Below are positions 13,271 to 26,666 of a stretch of DNA of 64,000 bases, piece after piece. The stretch's first letter is position 1. Each line of letters opens with the position of its first letter. Below the pieces are notes generated by a model, which worked only from the letters and a program-made list of their open reading frames with translations, made no database searches and was not told the origin of the DNA. Source of the stretch: Octopus sinensis (Eukaryota); the NCBI RefSeq assembly GCF_006345805.1, contig NC_043001.1, positions 131,564,001 to 131,628,000 on the forward strand. Reading direction: 5' to 3'. The position numbers were made by a program, and so were the translations under genes.

Positions 13271-14429
13271 ACAGTAGGTGGGTTTATTAAGGGCCGGTTG
13301 ACTGACTGACAGACAGAATAACAATGGTGCTATGATGGTTGTTTGTGATAATGGTTAAATTCCCCTACCCCCCACCACACGGATACATATATACATATAA
13401 AACATGAACAAAAGTCACATAAATACACAGGCATACACACTCATACTCACATGCACATACACATACATACAGACACACACACACATACACGCATACACAT
13501 GCACTCACACACATAAAGAATAAAATAATGTAAAAGTATATTTAAAAAAAAAAACTACTGCTTTTGATGCGGCATGGAGTTTGCTTTTTGTTATCATTAA
13601 AGCTGACGTATCACTTAATGGTTTCTTACATGAAAGATTGACCAACTGTTCACGTAGTCGGCGGCTGGGTCCACGACGCCGTGGTGGAGGTGGTGATAGG
13701 CAGCATTGAGTAAAAATTGGGGGATGGAAGAACTCAGTTCATTTTATTATTAATATTTTTTAAAAAATACTGGTGGTGGACGAGGAGGAGTTGGAGGAGG
13801 GAGTTTCTTGTTTAAAAAGAATTAAATAAAATTAAGAAATAAAATCAACAGAACCCTACAAATTTCAAGAATAAAGCAGTAACTGTTGTATTGCTAAAGG
13901 GCTAAGACAAAGATAACATTAAAAAAAAATGAAAATGAAAAAAATGATTTAAGATTTTGAAAAGAAAAAAAAGGACTTTAAAGATTTTTATGCATTCTCC
14001 CCACTCCATCCCACTTTTTCAAACTCTTCTAAAATTTAGGTAGTTGGTGAGGGTTGGAAGTTCTAAAAGAAAGAAACTAGTTTATTGGTGGTGCTGCTAC
14101 TGTTGATTTTGGTCATCATACTGGTAGTGGTATTGGTTGGTGGTTGTTGCAAAATTGGTGCTGGTGGTGATGTTACAACTATTTGGTTCTCTTTCAATTC
14201 AAGCAATTTCAAAATTATAGAAACATCTGAATATATATATATATATATGTATGTATGTATATATATATTTATGTATATGCTTCATATCGTCATCACGTTA
14301 TCTGTTATCTCAATTTGAGAGAGAAAATATAAATTAAATTATTTAAATACACAAAACTTCTTTAAAAACACCAACTTCATCAACACCATCATTAGTGACA
14401 AATTGGGCAATTTATTAATTCTTTAGTAT

Positions 14430-14514
14430 AGTTTTAAATATATATATATATACACACACATATATATACATATATATATTATATATATACATATATATAT
14501 ATATGTATATATAT

Positions 14515-14571
<57 letters not shown>

Positions 14572-14579
14572 TGTATATA

Positions 14580-14630
<51 letters not shown>

Positions 14631-15105
14631 ATATATATATAATATATATTATATATATATATTTGTATATATATTATATACATATATATGGGGTTCAAGT
14701 ATTCCTTTTGATGCATTATTTTCATTTATGATCTGTTGTGTTACTTTTTCATTTTACACACAGAATAGTTCATGTTGAAATATCTCCTCTTCCGCCAACG
14801 TATGCTTATACAAAGTAAAATTATTATTATTATTATTATGATAAGAGTAAACACAAAAGTAAAGTTTGTGAACGTCATGCTGCCTATATCTTTCATTTTG
14901 TATCAATGTGTTTGCTAATCTTTTGCTAACATTTTCTTCTGCAAGACTCTTTGTTTAACCAAGAACGAAACTTCTAACATTGTCAGTCAGTATCATAAAA
15001 GGAATAATATTTTTCTGCTCAATATCTAACATTTTTCTTTCTTTTTTTTAATCTTTTATTTGTTTTTAGTTGCTTAATTAAATCTCTCCTATCTTTCCTC
15101 TATGC

Positions 15106-15166
<61 letters not shown>

Positions 15167-15177
15167 ATACATATACA

Positions 15178-15232
<55 letters not shown>

Positions 15233-15640
15233 ACATATATATATATATACATAATATATACATACATATATATATATACATAATATATACACATACATAT
15301 ATATATACATATATATATATATACATATATATATACATATACATATATATAAATACACACACACAGACACATATATACATATATGCACGTACACACATAT
15401 ATATATACATACATATATATACATATATGCACACACACATATATATATATACATATATATAAATATATATGTACATACATACATTCGTATATATACATGC
15501 ATACATATATATTCATATATAAATACATACATACATATATAAATACATATATATATATACAGGAAAACATATACATACATACATACATACATACATACAA
15601 ACATACAAATATATATACGCACACACGCATAGTTTCAGAC

Positions 15641-15674
<34 letters not shown>

Positions 15675-15720
15675 GTAGGCACACACTATGTGTGTATATA
15701 TATCTTTGTATGTATATATA
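14430..15720. repeat. Two long degenerate (TA)n/(TACA)n arrays (14430-14690 and 15105-15720)
   Basis: Read directly. Confidence 0.9.
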
Positions 15721-16272
15721 TATTTTCCTGTATGCATTAGAATATTTTCATTTGCATTTCAGAAAAAAGAGAGTGAGAGAGAATATATTTACATATTTAT
15801 ATTATTCTCATTAATTAAATCTTGATTCTATGACAAATCTAGATGCATCACAAAATTGAGTTCATCACCAAAGGCTGCACCACTACTACTACCACTACTA
15901 CTATTACTACTACTACTACTACTACTACTGCTACTACTACCACTTGAAAGCTATTACTGTAATGATGGATTGATAAAAAACTTAATTCATACTGGTTAAC
16001 ATTACTTGGATGGACAGAACTATATATGAATGTTTATTATTTAATTTCTTTTTAAATTTAATTCTCTTTTCTTAATTCATCAAATTCTATGGAAAATATA
16101 TTTACAAAAATAAATATTCTAGAAATTAAAAAAGAAGATATTGTGATATGATAAAGTATTTAATACTTTGATAAATTTGTATATAGTTGAGTTGTTTTAT
16201 TTTGATAAAAATCAATGGGGAAACACATTATGTCATATAAAACATTACACCACCAACCAGAATAATGATGGA

Positions 16273-16480
16273 AAGAACATAGACACAAGACCAGTAATTT
16301 TGAGAGAAGGGTTATTAGTCAGTATTGTTGGCCCCGGCACTTTGAATCTTTCTTTAATTTATTGATTCTAGAAGGATGGAAGGCAGACTTGAACTTGGCA
16401 AGATTTGAATGCAGGAGGTAAAGAGCTAAAACAAGTACCATAAAGCATATGTCCGATGCTCTGATGATTTTCCTAATTCC

Positions 16481-16481
<1 letters not shown>
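16273..16481 (-). mobile_element. Old SINE copy (family 2)
   Basis: TTTATTGATTCTAGAAGGATGGAAGGCAGACTTGAACTTGGCAAGATTTGAA matches the family-2 core in decayed form. Confidence 0.55.
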
Positions 16482-16632
<151 letters not shown>

Positions 16633-17109
16633 ATAAGTGAGGAGGAGGAATATGAAGATGATTTTTTTTTTATATGCCACAAGGATAAAGCATATTTGCC
16701 TCTATAATATTTTACTTACTAAAGTCAATTGTAATTACTTAAAATCAAAGTCAGTTTCAAAAAAAAAACAAAATTGAAAAATTCCCCATAAATTTTTTTA
16801 AGTGAAAATCTAAAGTAATTTTTGTTTTATTCATTCTTAATGGAATAAATAAATAAATAAATAAAAAGAAGAGAAGATGGAAATTTTTTGAACATCATTT
16901 ATTGGACAAAATATAGAATAAAAATGTCATAGAATTTTTGATACACAAGATTAGCTAATAATTGTTAATGTCATCAATAATAATGTCCTAATGACATATC
17001 ACTAGTATAATTCTAAATGCTTGTGTGGATATGAGTTTATATAAGTTTGACTGCTAGTGAAGTGTAGTTTTAGCAGGGGTTCATATTACTAACAGTGAAA
17101 GATGATGAT

Positions 17110-17560
17110 AATAATCATTTCTAATATTGGAGAAAGGTACAGGTGATTAAATCAACACTATTATTAAACTGGCACATACTTTATTGAGCTTAGAAGAATG
17201 AAAGATAAAGTCAACTCTTCCAGGATTGAAGTTCAGACTGTGGGAGAATATAGCTAAAATTTTTCAAAGTATTTTGTCTGATCCTCTGCTATTTTTCCCA
17301 TCCACCACCCTTATAATGGTGATGATTATTTCTAAGATAGGATAGACGTATGGTTAGAAAGCTAATAGGGGATGAGATTAGTCAATTAAAATCAACCCTA
17401 CAACTGGACTGGACTGGTATTTATTTTGTCAATCTTAGAAGGACAAAAGGCAAAGTTGATCACATCAAGATTTGAAAAAGGTGTAACCAACTACCACAAG
17501 GCATTTTGTCTAACACTGCAATGATTCTGTCAATCCTTTCTTTGCACCACAGTCAAAACA
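17110..17560 (-). mobile_element. Two adjacent old family-2 SINE copies (~17110-17300 and ~17320-17560)
   Basis: Each has the decayed core: TTTATTGAGCTTAGAAGAATGAAAGATAAAGTCAAC and TATTTTGTCAATCTTAGAAGGACAAAAGGCAAAGTTGA. Confidence 0.5.
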
Positions 17561-17682
17561 TTGTACAATGTTGTTCTGTTATCTTCTATTTCATTTTCAG
17601 ATTCTGCTGGTTAACAAATTCCTTATTTACCACAAATGTTGTTCCTTACTCCAACTTCACACTGTCTGTCATAATCTACTAC

Positions 17683-17734
<52 letters not shown>

Positions 17735-18542
17735 TTATGAAATTTCAGTATAACCAATTCAACTCAGATTCAATTCTATCCTAGGGACACAAAGTTCTCT
17801 ATATCGTTTCATTGACTGTTATGATGTATTTTCTTTACATTCCTTATAACTTATCCTACACAATATGTTGTATGCTTGAATTCTTTCTATACCCTCCTTT
17901 TTGTCTATTTAGATGTTGCTTTTAGTCTAGCTTGCTTTTCATGTTTGCTTATATGCTTGTTCTGTTTCTGTAACTCATTTCCTTATTACTCTTTTTGGTT
18001 TCTGTTATCATTTGTTGTTAATATTTTTTCTTTTGTCAAATGAATTAAATTTTAATTCACGACGTATTTGTAATAGAAGTATATCTATGTGATTTTATTT
18101 CTCTTTTTTTTTTTCTCTGTGTTCAATATTTGATTCATTTTGCAATATAATTTCAGAACAATAGTAATATTAATAATGACAGCAAAAACAATATATTATT
18201 CCACATAAAGTTATATGATAGAAAATACTATACAACATAATAAATAATCAATTCATTATGATACATATATAGATATACATATAGCTACACATGTGCACAT
18301 ATACACACTACATTTAATAAATATATACACATAAACTTACTGTGACTGAAATGGCACAATAAGGAAAAAAATTTATAAATCCAAGAGAAAATGATTTCAG
18401 CTCCATTTTGAATAATCCTCAGCCCTAGGTAGCCATAGCTTATACACACAGCACATACACGCACAGCACAAATACTTCAACAGTTATATTTATTTTTCTA
18501 TATTTTTGTTTGTTTGCATATATTTTCATTCACATTCTTTAA

Positions 18543-18761
18543 CCCTTTAGTGTTCAGATTATTCAATCAAACATAATCCCTATTGATTCACATTGATTTG
18601 AATTAATCATGCATTATCTCATATCTTCAAGATCTCGATGGTGTAATTACTTAATGTAGAATAACATTGTAGGGTAGGTGTGAGGGCCTGGATCTGGTCA
18701 GTCTGAACATAAAACAGATTAACTATTTTGGCCGGATATAGCCGGTTTAAATACTAAAGGG
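18543..18761. mobile_element. piggyBac-type MITE (TTAA TSD, CCC...GGG ends), family P1
   Basis: TTAA|CCCTTTAGTGTT...AATACTAAAGGG|TTAA; TIR 11/12. The interior matches 58736-58956 in reverse orientation. Confidence 0.85.
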
Positions 18762-19309
18762 TTAAAACTCGTAGCTCATCATATGCGTGTGTGTGTGTAA
18801 GTGGTGGTGTTTGGTTGTATCTCTGTCGTTCAACAATAAGGATTCAGTTGTTTGATCAATTGAATTACCTGATTGAACTTGTAAGTGGTTGAGTGATTCC
18901 ACGAACATATGTAGTCTTAATGTAAGTGTCAGACAGAATCAGTATGATACAGAATAGTGTATGACAAAACTTCACCTTTTAAATTTCAGGCACAATCCAC
19001 TCCATGGTCTTCTCTTCAGTTTCTATCTGCCCAATTTCACTTGCAAGTATATAGAAAATGATGTTTGCCCAAGATGTCAGTGAGATCAAACCTAGGACCT
19101 GGTGGTCCTTGACCATTACTTAACTATTCATATTGTGCCTGTTCACACACACACTTACACAGAAATCTCAAATTCATTATTTTAATTCCTGAGTTTTAAT
19201 TTGCCTTAGGTTTTAGATGTTTTATTCATCTCATTTCTCTTTCATCTGATTTATACTACTAACACGAATCTATTTTTTTCTTTTTTCTCTCTCTCTTTCT
19301 CTTCCACAG

Positions 19310-20064
19310 GTGAGCGTCCCTATATCTGTGGTGCTTGTGGAGTACAGTACAGCCAGAGCCATAGCTTGAAAAGCCACATTACTAATAAGCATGAGGGCAG
19401 AATGGGTTACTACATCAAAGAGAAACGGCACAGAGCTCACAGGGGGATAGGTTATATGACTGCTTCAGTCCCGGGTACTGATATGCCCCTATTCAAGATA
19501 CCACCAACTTCAGCTGTTCTCAATGCGAGTTTAACAGCTGGCCTTGACCTATCAAGTAAATTTTCTGAGCCTCTTAAGGCTTCGTTTCTTGATAATACTC
19601 TAAACCAACTAAAATCTAGTCCACAGCAACATAGTATCCTGAACGGCCACTCTTCACCCCACTGCGCTGATCTCCTGCAGAATCATTGCCCACCGGGTCC
19701 TGGATTTCCGCCAGCACACCATCACGGGCCTCTTCAGTACCAGGCTTCAAGGGGAACTGTGAAGATGGAACCTTTAGATAACGGCTCCAACCAAGCCATG
19801 GATCTTAGCATACGGTCTTCACGTATTGGACATGGTCATGCTAATGGCCACAACCAGCAGTGTTCTGATGTGAATGGTCTCGATGACTGTAAGCATGCTG
19901 AAAAATTAAAAACACTTCGTGGCAATGTAGTCCGTATGCTGGCAATTCTGGTTCCGAACTTGGATTTTGAAGAGAAGGGGATAAGTGCAGAGGGAGATTC
20001 TGTGGACGAACTTCTCCAGGATGTCATTGAAAGCAACTCCCCAGAAGAAGAACTTCCAGAGTAG
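19310..20064 (+). CDS. Terminal coding exon of a C2H2 zinc-finger transcription factor (250 codons plus split Gly codon; upstream exons not found in window)
   Basis: A long pyrimidine tract ends ...CTTCCACAG|G at 19309/19310. The frame gives (G)ERPYICGACGVQYSQSHSLKSHITNKH, i.e. linker plus Cx2C-x12-Hx4H finger, in frame with ORF 19366-20064. Coding-like GC content; stop TAG at 20062-20064. Confidence 0.93.
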
Positions 20065-22160
20065 TTAAAATTTACCAGAACATATAATGAGGAAGTAGAG
20101 AAAATAAAATGAGAAAGGAACAGAGGAAAAAAAAAAAGAAGCAATTGAATGTACCAAAAGGAAAAATGTCAATGTGGGTGGGTGGGAATTTATTTATTTA
20201 TTTATGAGAAATGTCTCTGGTAAATCCAAAGAAAGCTAATATTATTGTCTTTTAAGCCCATATCTTTGAATGTTTCTCTCCCTCCTCTTCCCTCTCTCTC
20301 CTTTCTGGTTTATTATTTTTTTAAATTGTTTCTCTTTATGTAACATGCATACATACACAAACACACACATATGTGCATGTGTGTACATGTACACTTATGT
20401 ATAAGTATACGTAAATATGTTGCTATGTGTTACATACACACACATACACATATATATTTATGCGTGAGTATATTTGTTTCTTCACATAAATATATATGAT
20501 GCATGTTAGAATGAGACTGAGTGTATGTATGTGTGTGTATGTGTGTGTCTGTGTGTGTATGTATACATACACACACACACACGCGCACACACATCAATTT
20601 ACATGCAAGTGGTAAATTGCAATATCAGTCTAAAAGGGAGAGAACTCTTTCTGACATAACATTTTTCATTGTTTTATGGGTTCCTTTTCTTAATTTTCCT
20701 CCTCCATAAGCTGAGATTGCCTAGCACAGGGTCTAAAAGTGCAATAAGACATGTGCAAATTTACATATCACATCATGAAAATTTCATTTAAATATCATAG
20801 CCATAACATCCAAATCAAAATTTTTTCTTGTCATTCCAAATCCCGGTTTGCTCTAGCAAAATATTGTGGAAATAATAATAAATATATATATATATTATAT
20901 ATGCGCAGAAAAAGCAAGAAGTCTAAGTAAAAATATAAAGAATGAGAAAGTTGAAAAATTTTTAAAAAAAAGGCTTCATAAAGTGAAAATTAAATAATTC
21001 AAAAAGAAAAAGGAAGAATAAGAAGAATTAAAAACAATGACTCCCCCAACTTGGCATCACTTTACCCCATTCTGTTTTGGGAATGGAAACAAGTATTTTG
21101 TTTAAGTACTTTTTTGCTGGCTTAATTTTTTTTTTATATTGAATGACAAAAAAGAAAAAAGAAAAAAAACCTTACTTTGAATAAGAAGAAAATCACAAAA
21201 CACCAACAACATGCTTTTTCATTCTCGCCATTCTTGAGTGTTGATCTATATTGCTAGTCATTTGCATTCCAAATCTGATTGTGTTCATTCATATTTTCTC
21301 CCATAATGCTTTGTTGTTTTTTGTTCATGCAATATTTTCTCAGTCAATTGATGAAAAAGAAAAAAAGAGAAGAAATTCATCAAGCATTTTCCCCCCCTTT
21401 TTATTCTCTTTTCCTATTTTATTTTTTGAAGTATATTTTACTTATATAAAGATTCCAGCTGCTTCTTTTTTTTTACGAAATGTTGTCAGCAGCTGTGTTT
21501 ATATTTTCCATCCAATTGCTTAAGAAAAATAAATGTAAAAGTTAATATTAGGAAAAGATCCTCTGTTAAGTCCAGTTAAATATGAATTACTGCTCAAGAC
21601 CAAAATCATAGCATTTAACATTTCTATTTCTATAGCTTTTTAAAAGTCATAAAGTAATCCAACATTATTTTTGTTTTTTTTTTCTCCTGTCAACTTTCTC
21701 AAAATGAAACATATCATTTGTAGATATTTATTTAATTAGTATACTTATAATCGTTTTCAACTATGTTGATTAAATAATTATAGAACATTGATGTTTTCCA
21801 TCAATCTTACAGCATTTTATTACAATTTTATTATAGATATTAAATATTGCATATTTGCACGCTATGTTACTATGTGTACTAAGATAACTAGCTTCTTTTG
21901 TTTTTGTTTTTTTTTTAGTTTAGTTTAGCTGTTGTTGGTTTCTCCATAAAATAATTTATGAGATTCTTATTACTATATATATATGGATATTATTGATTTG
22001 TTTTAATTTTCATTTATGTTATATTAGTGAACCTGTTATTAGTTGATCACAAATAGAATCAAAATATATATTATATTCAAGTGTAAATTCTGCCTATTAT
22101 TTCAGATCACTGCTATTTTTGGTAAATATATATAATAAAACCATTCAATTTTCTCCATTT
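20065..22160 (+). other. Putative 3'UTR (minimum estimate) with AATAAA at 22134-22139
   Basis: TE-free AU-rich sequence follows the stop, with AATAAA followed by a U-rich stretch. Other AATAAA sites exist, so the true end is unknown. Confidence 0.35.
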
Positions 22161-22225
22161 CTGAAATTCTTATGAAGTTTGAAGGAATGAAACAAATGGT
22201 AGGACATATATATATGGATATGTAC

Positions 22226-22309
<84 letters not shown>

Positions 22310-23545
22310 TATATATATTTATACACACACACACACACACATATATATGTGTGTGTTTTCTGTTTGTGAATTATTGTTGCATTGTATTTTATATTATTTC
22401 AGTTGATATTTTTGGTCTTAAATTACAAAAAAACTTACCAGTATGATTAACACTGTTTAGCATTAGACTAACATGTATCTATATATATATATGTACGTTT
22501 ATATGCAAGTATATGCATATGTGCACATACATACACATATATACACACTTGTATGCATGTGTATGAATATATGTATATAAAGGTCTATATGTACGTAAAT
22601 GTATATATAGATATAAATACAAATACATATATGTATGTGTATGTAAGTATATGTATATATATATATATGTATATATATACGTATATATATACATACACAC
22701 ACATACACAAATATGTGTATATGCATGCCTACACATGCACATACGTATTCATATGTATATAATATTAATATCATCTAGTAGTTGTTTAAATTCTCTAAAT
22801 TACAAATCTATCTTATTTCTATTCATTCTAAAAACAATTTGTCTCAGTGCTTCATGTTTCTGAATGTCCAAATCTTCATCTATTTTAGTCAGTGAATTAT
22901 ACATAATATATGTTTATTTTTATTTTGTCCATTTGGAATATATCTATCTCAAATTTAATTACAATTTTTCTGTTGAAATTAATCAAAAGATATGGATATA
23001 AAACTTACAATAAAAAAGAAATACATATTCATGGCCAATTTATTCATTGTAATACACTGTATACAAATGAAAATGAAATAAAACACCGGAGAGCTAATGA
23101 GATTTAACAAAAGAGAAGGTGAGAGTGATTAAGGGAACTTACCTTTAGTGCTAACCAAACTAATACTGTTTTCACTTATGCATCAATACTAGATCTATAC
23201 ATTACAAAAACCTGAATAAGTTCAATAAGTTTACTGGTTTTTGAAAATTTTGAGCTTCCCCTACTTAATATTTCTTTCATTTGAAGGGCAAATAAGTCTG
23301 CTGATAATATTATTTTTATTTCTTTTTGTTTGTTTTTACCTTTTCTATTCAATAAGATTTTTATTTTGTTTTCTCTTCTCTTTTTCTTTTCTTTGTGGAT
23401 TCTTTGAGGAATCGTTTTGAGGCATCTTTCACTCACTCATGACATTAAATTTAAAATCATATACTCTTCCTGCTGATCATCCATTTATTTAACTGTGTCA
23501 CTTACATATCTTATTTACCTGTCAGTTTATTTTACTAATGTTTTT

Positions 23546-23629
23546 AACTCTTCATAAAAGACAATAAGTTAATTTCTGCTGATGTCTTCAACTCTTCATG
23601 AAAGACAATAAGTTAATTTCTGCTGATGT
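23546..23629. repeat. 44-bp-period tandem duplication
   Basis: AACTCTTCATRAAAGACAATAAGTTAATTTCTGCTGATGT at 23546 and 23590. Confidence 0.9.
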
Positions 23630-25592
23630 TCTGATAATTGTATACTTGCATTTCCAGTAAATGCGATGATGTACTTTCTACTGCTGTCTGTATAACACTT
23701 TACAATTGAAATTTTAAATCCCTCAATTTAGATTTCAAATAGTTTCTTGATTTCTCTATTCCTTTTTTGTTTTTGCAATCAGTTGGTACTTTTTCTTCTT
23801 TTTTATACACTGTTTTTCTCTCTCATGTTTCTTTTTCTTCATTTTTATTTATTATTCAAAGTAAATCATACCTTATATTTGTGTATCTTTGTATGTGTAC
23901 ATTTGTTTTGTTTAGTACACGATAGCTAGAATATTAGTGGACTGCTTGCATATTCTTTGGAACAATATCTTTTAAAAGTTATTTTTAATATACTGCTGCT
24001 TGCTAGATTAAATTATGTAATTAATTGATGGAGCTGTTGTTGAGTTATTTGAAGTAAAGTACTATTTAATTTATTTGACTGATGCACCTTTGTTGAGTTG
24101 CTTTCTGAAATATTTAGCAAATAATATATATATGTATATATACGTGGATTTATGGGAATATCCTGGCCCTTTATACAACTAACTTCATCAGTTTTTAGAT
24201 GGATGTTTACTATATTGATTACACTTTCTCCTGTCTTTTTAAATTTCCCTCTCTCATTTTTTTTTCACTGCTGATTGTCTTTTTTACTGCTGAATAGCTC
24301 AAAGCAACGTTTACTATCTGCTTTATTTGTGCCCTCTAAAACAAATTTCTTATTTCTTGGGATTCTAAGATTAGTCTTTTAATTACTGCTGATTTAAAAA
24401 GGATCTTAATGGGGAAGTAGGCAGGCTGGTCATTCTTGTTCTTTATCGTTTCTATTATAGTTATATTTTTTCTTAATGGATGATTTTCCTTCATGGTATT
24501 GAAGTTAATGTATCGTCACATAATTTTCATGACATAAGGAATATTGACATATTTCCTATTTATAGAGTGTTCTAGTCATTTATTTCATACACTCTCTTAC
24601 ATTAATATATATTACTATTGGATAATTGTTTCTGTGAAGAAACTACGAAATCATCAGATCTTAATGAATTTATGCCATCACTGAACTAGAAATCATTTTG
24701 TTGTAAACAAGTTTACTAACTATTTTCACATACAATGGCTGAATGGATAAAGAACAACTTGTGCCTCCCAAGTTGAGATCCTTTTCCCTCTAGCAGGTGT
24801 TATCCTTTTGCAATGCTTTTTACTTAATTTTCCCAAGGCAAAAGAGGGAAAACAAAATGAAAGAGTGTTTAAGATTTGCTGCAAATAATACTTTTGCAAA
24901 TGTTTTACAACATTATGTTGTGTTTTTCTTCATATCTTCATTGTAATTTTAGTGTCAGTTGCTTAACTTTTCTCGATAAGAGCTAATTGACAATGGATGG
25001 ATGATTATTAGGAGCAGGAACATTCATGCTATAGGAAGGAGAACATTGAGTTTGTTTCTCAGTGCTTTTTCTTTGTGTCCATATTGAAAATTTAGTCCAG
25101 AACTGTGGGCTAACGAAGCACTATTTATATAGTGTAACTGATGCTGATAGTGATCACCTGTAACTACCTATTAACAGTTAGAGGACTAAACCATCACTAG
25201 AAAAGGCTTTTTATCAAGGACACACTGTTGTGCTGCTGACAGGATAGAAACTGCTGATCCTTTTGGCCAATAGATAAAGGTTGGCTTCCCATTAATTCAA
25301 ACAACCCATTTTTATATCAAAATATTTAATTACTTAATTTTGTTAGTTAAAAAAAGATATACTAACTTTCATACATATTTCTCTGTAAAATAAGAAAGCG
25401 AAAAATATTTTCTTTCCAAAAGTTTTTTTTTAAATTTCCGAGTATTCTCATTCTCTTTTTGAAAAAAAATTTCATCTACAAATTATTTCTTTCATCTGTT
25501 GACAATATTCATTATATATATCTCTCTCCGTTCTCTCTCTAGCTCTCTCTTTCTCACCATCTTAATTTCCTACATCAAAGAATTCAAGTTGC

Positions 25593-25627
<35 letters not shown>

Positions 25628-25631
25628 AATA

Positions 25632-25667
<36 letters not shown>

Positions 25668-26616
25668 TATATATACATATATATACATATATATATACTT
25701 GTATCTTTTAAACTATGCCCACCTTTATATCCTTTTACAAAAGTAAAAACCAAAAAATAAAGGTATAAAGAAATAGAAACATTTAACATAATTTAATCTA
25801 TTTCTATATCTGTTCATTAATTTTCAACTTTACTGAATATTCTCCCCGGTGGCTGAGTAAAATCTTAGCAAGAAACAAAGCACTGATGTATGAATGTACT
25901 ACAAATTTACTCTAATCTTGATTTATTTTTCACTTTCTCTCTTCACCAGAGTCTACTGAAAGTAGTCAAAAATATACATATATACTTACAGAATGATTTC
26001 AAAAAGGTTACACTTGCTAGCAAATTTCTCATGATAATAATTACTAATATACTAATAATATCAATTGTAAATAATGCAATGATACAATTCTAACAATGAT
26101 TAATATTTAACATTAGCCATACTAAAAAGGAAAACAGAAAACTAATTAAAATAGAAAAGAAATACAATAACTTATATTGCAATTTTCTTGAGCAGTAACA
26201 ACTTAGTTGACTGGCAATAAACATAGTTTGATAGCATTTAAAAGAAAAGAAACACAGAAATACACATAGGTGTACTTAGATACGTAAAAAAAAAACAACA
26301 ACAAAAAGAAAGTGATTTTTTTTTAAGAAAATCACCTCCTTTGTATGTTTATTTTAAACATTCTTATTGGCAGTTTTGCTTTTTCTTTATTTTATTTTAT
26401 TTTTCTTATGAATGGCGATGAGGTCTTAACAAAAAGTAGAAAACAACACTCTTCAGACTAAAAGGAAATTAACGAAAAAATAACTGTAACTCATACATTC
26501 CGATTTTAATCATATCTGATTTTCATTATTATTATTAATATTATTATTATTATTATTATTATTACTACCACTACTACTACTATTATTATTATGGCTTTGT
26601 GCCTATGTAAGAAACC

Positions 26617-26666
<50 letters not shown>

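Noticed and set aside
12479-13324. 281-aa minus-strand ORF (poly-T/P/H/I/S)
   Set aside because: It is a read-through of degenerate GGT/GAT triplet repeats, with no domain-like sequence and no plausible start.
14085-14130. CAT ACT G|GTAGTG as the missing upstream zinc-finger exon (H-T-G donor)
   Set aside because: The upstream frame reads FIGGAATVDFGHHT, with no Cys pair or finger spacing.
19836-20144. 102-aa minus-strand ORF
   Set aside because: It is the antisense shadow of the zinc-finger exon plus a low-complexity tail.
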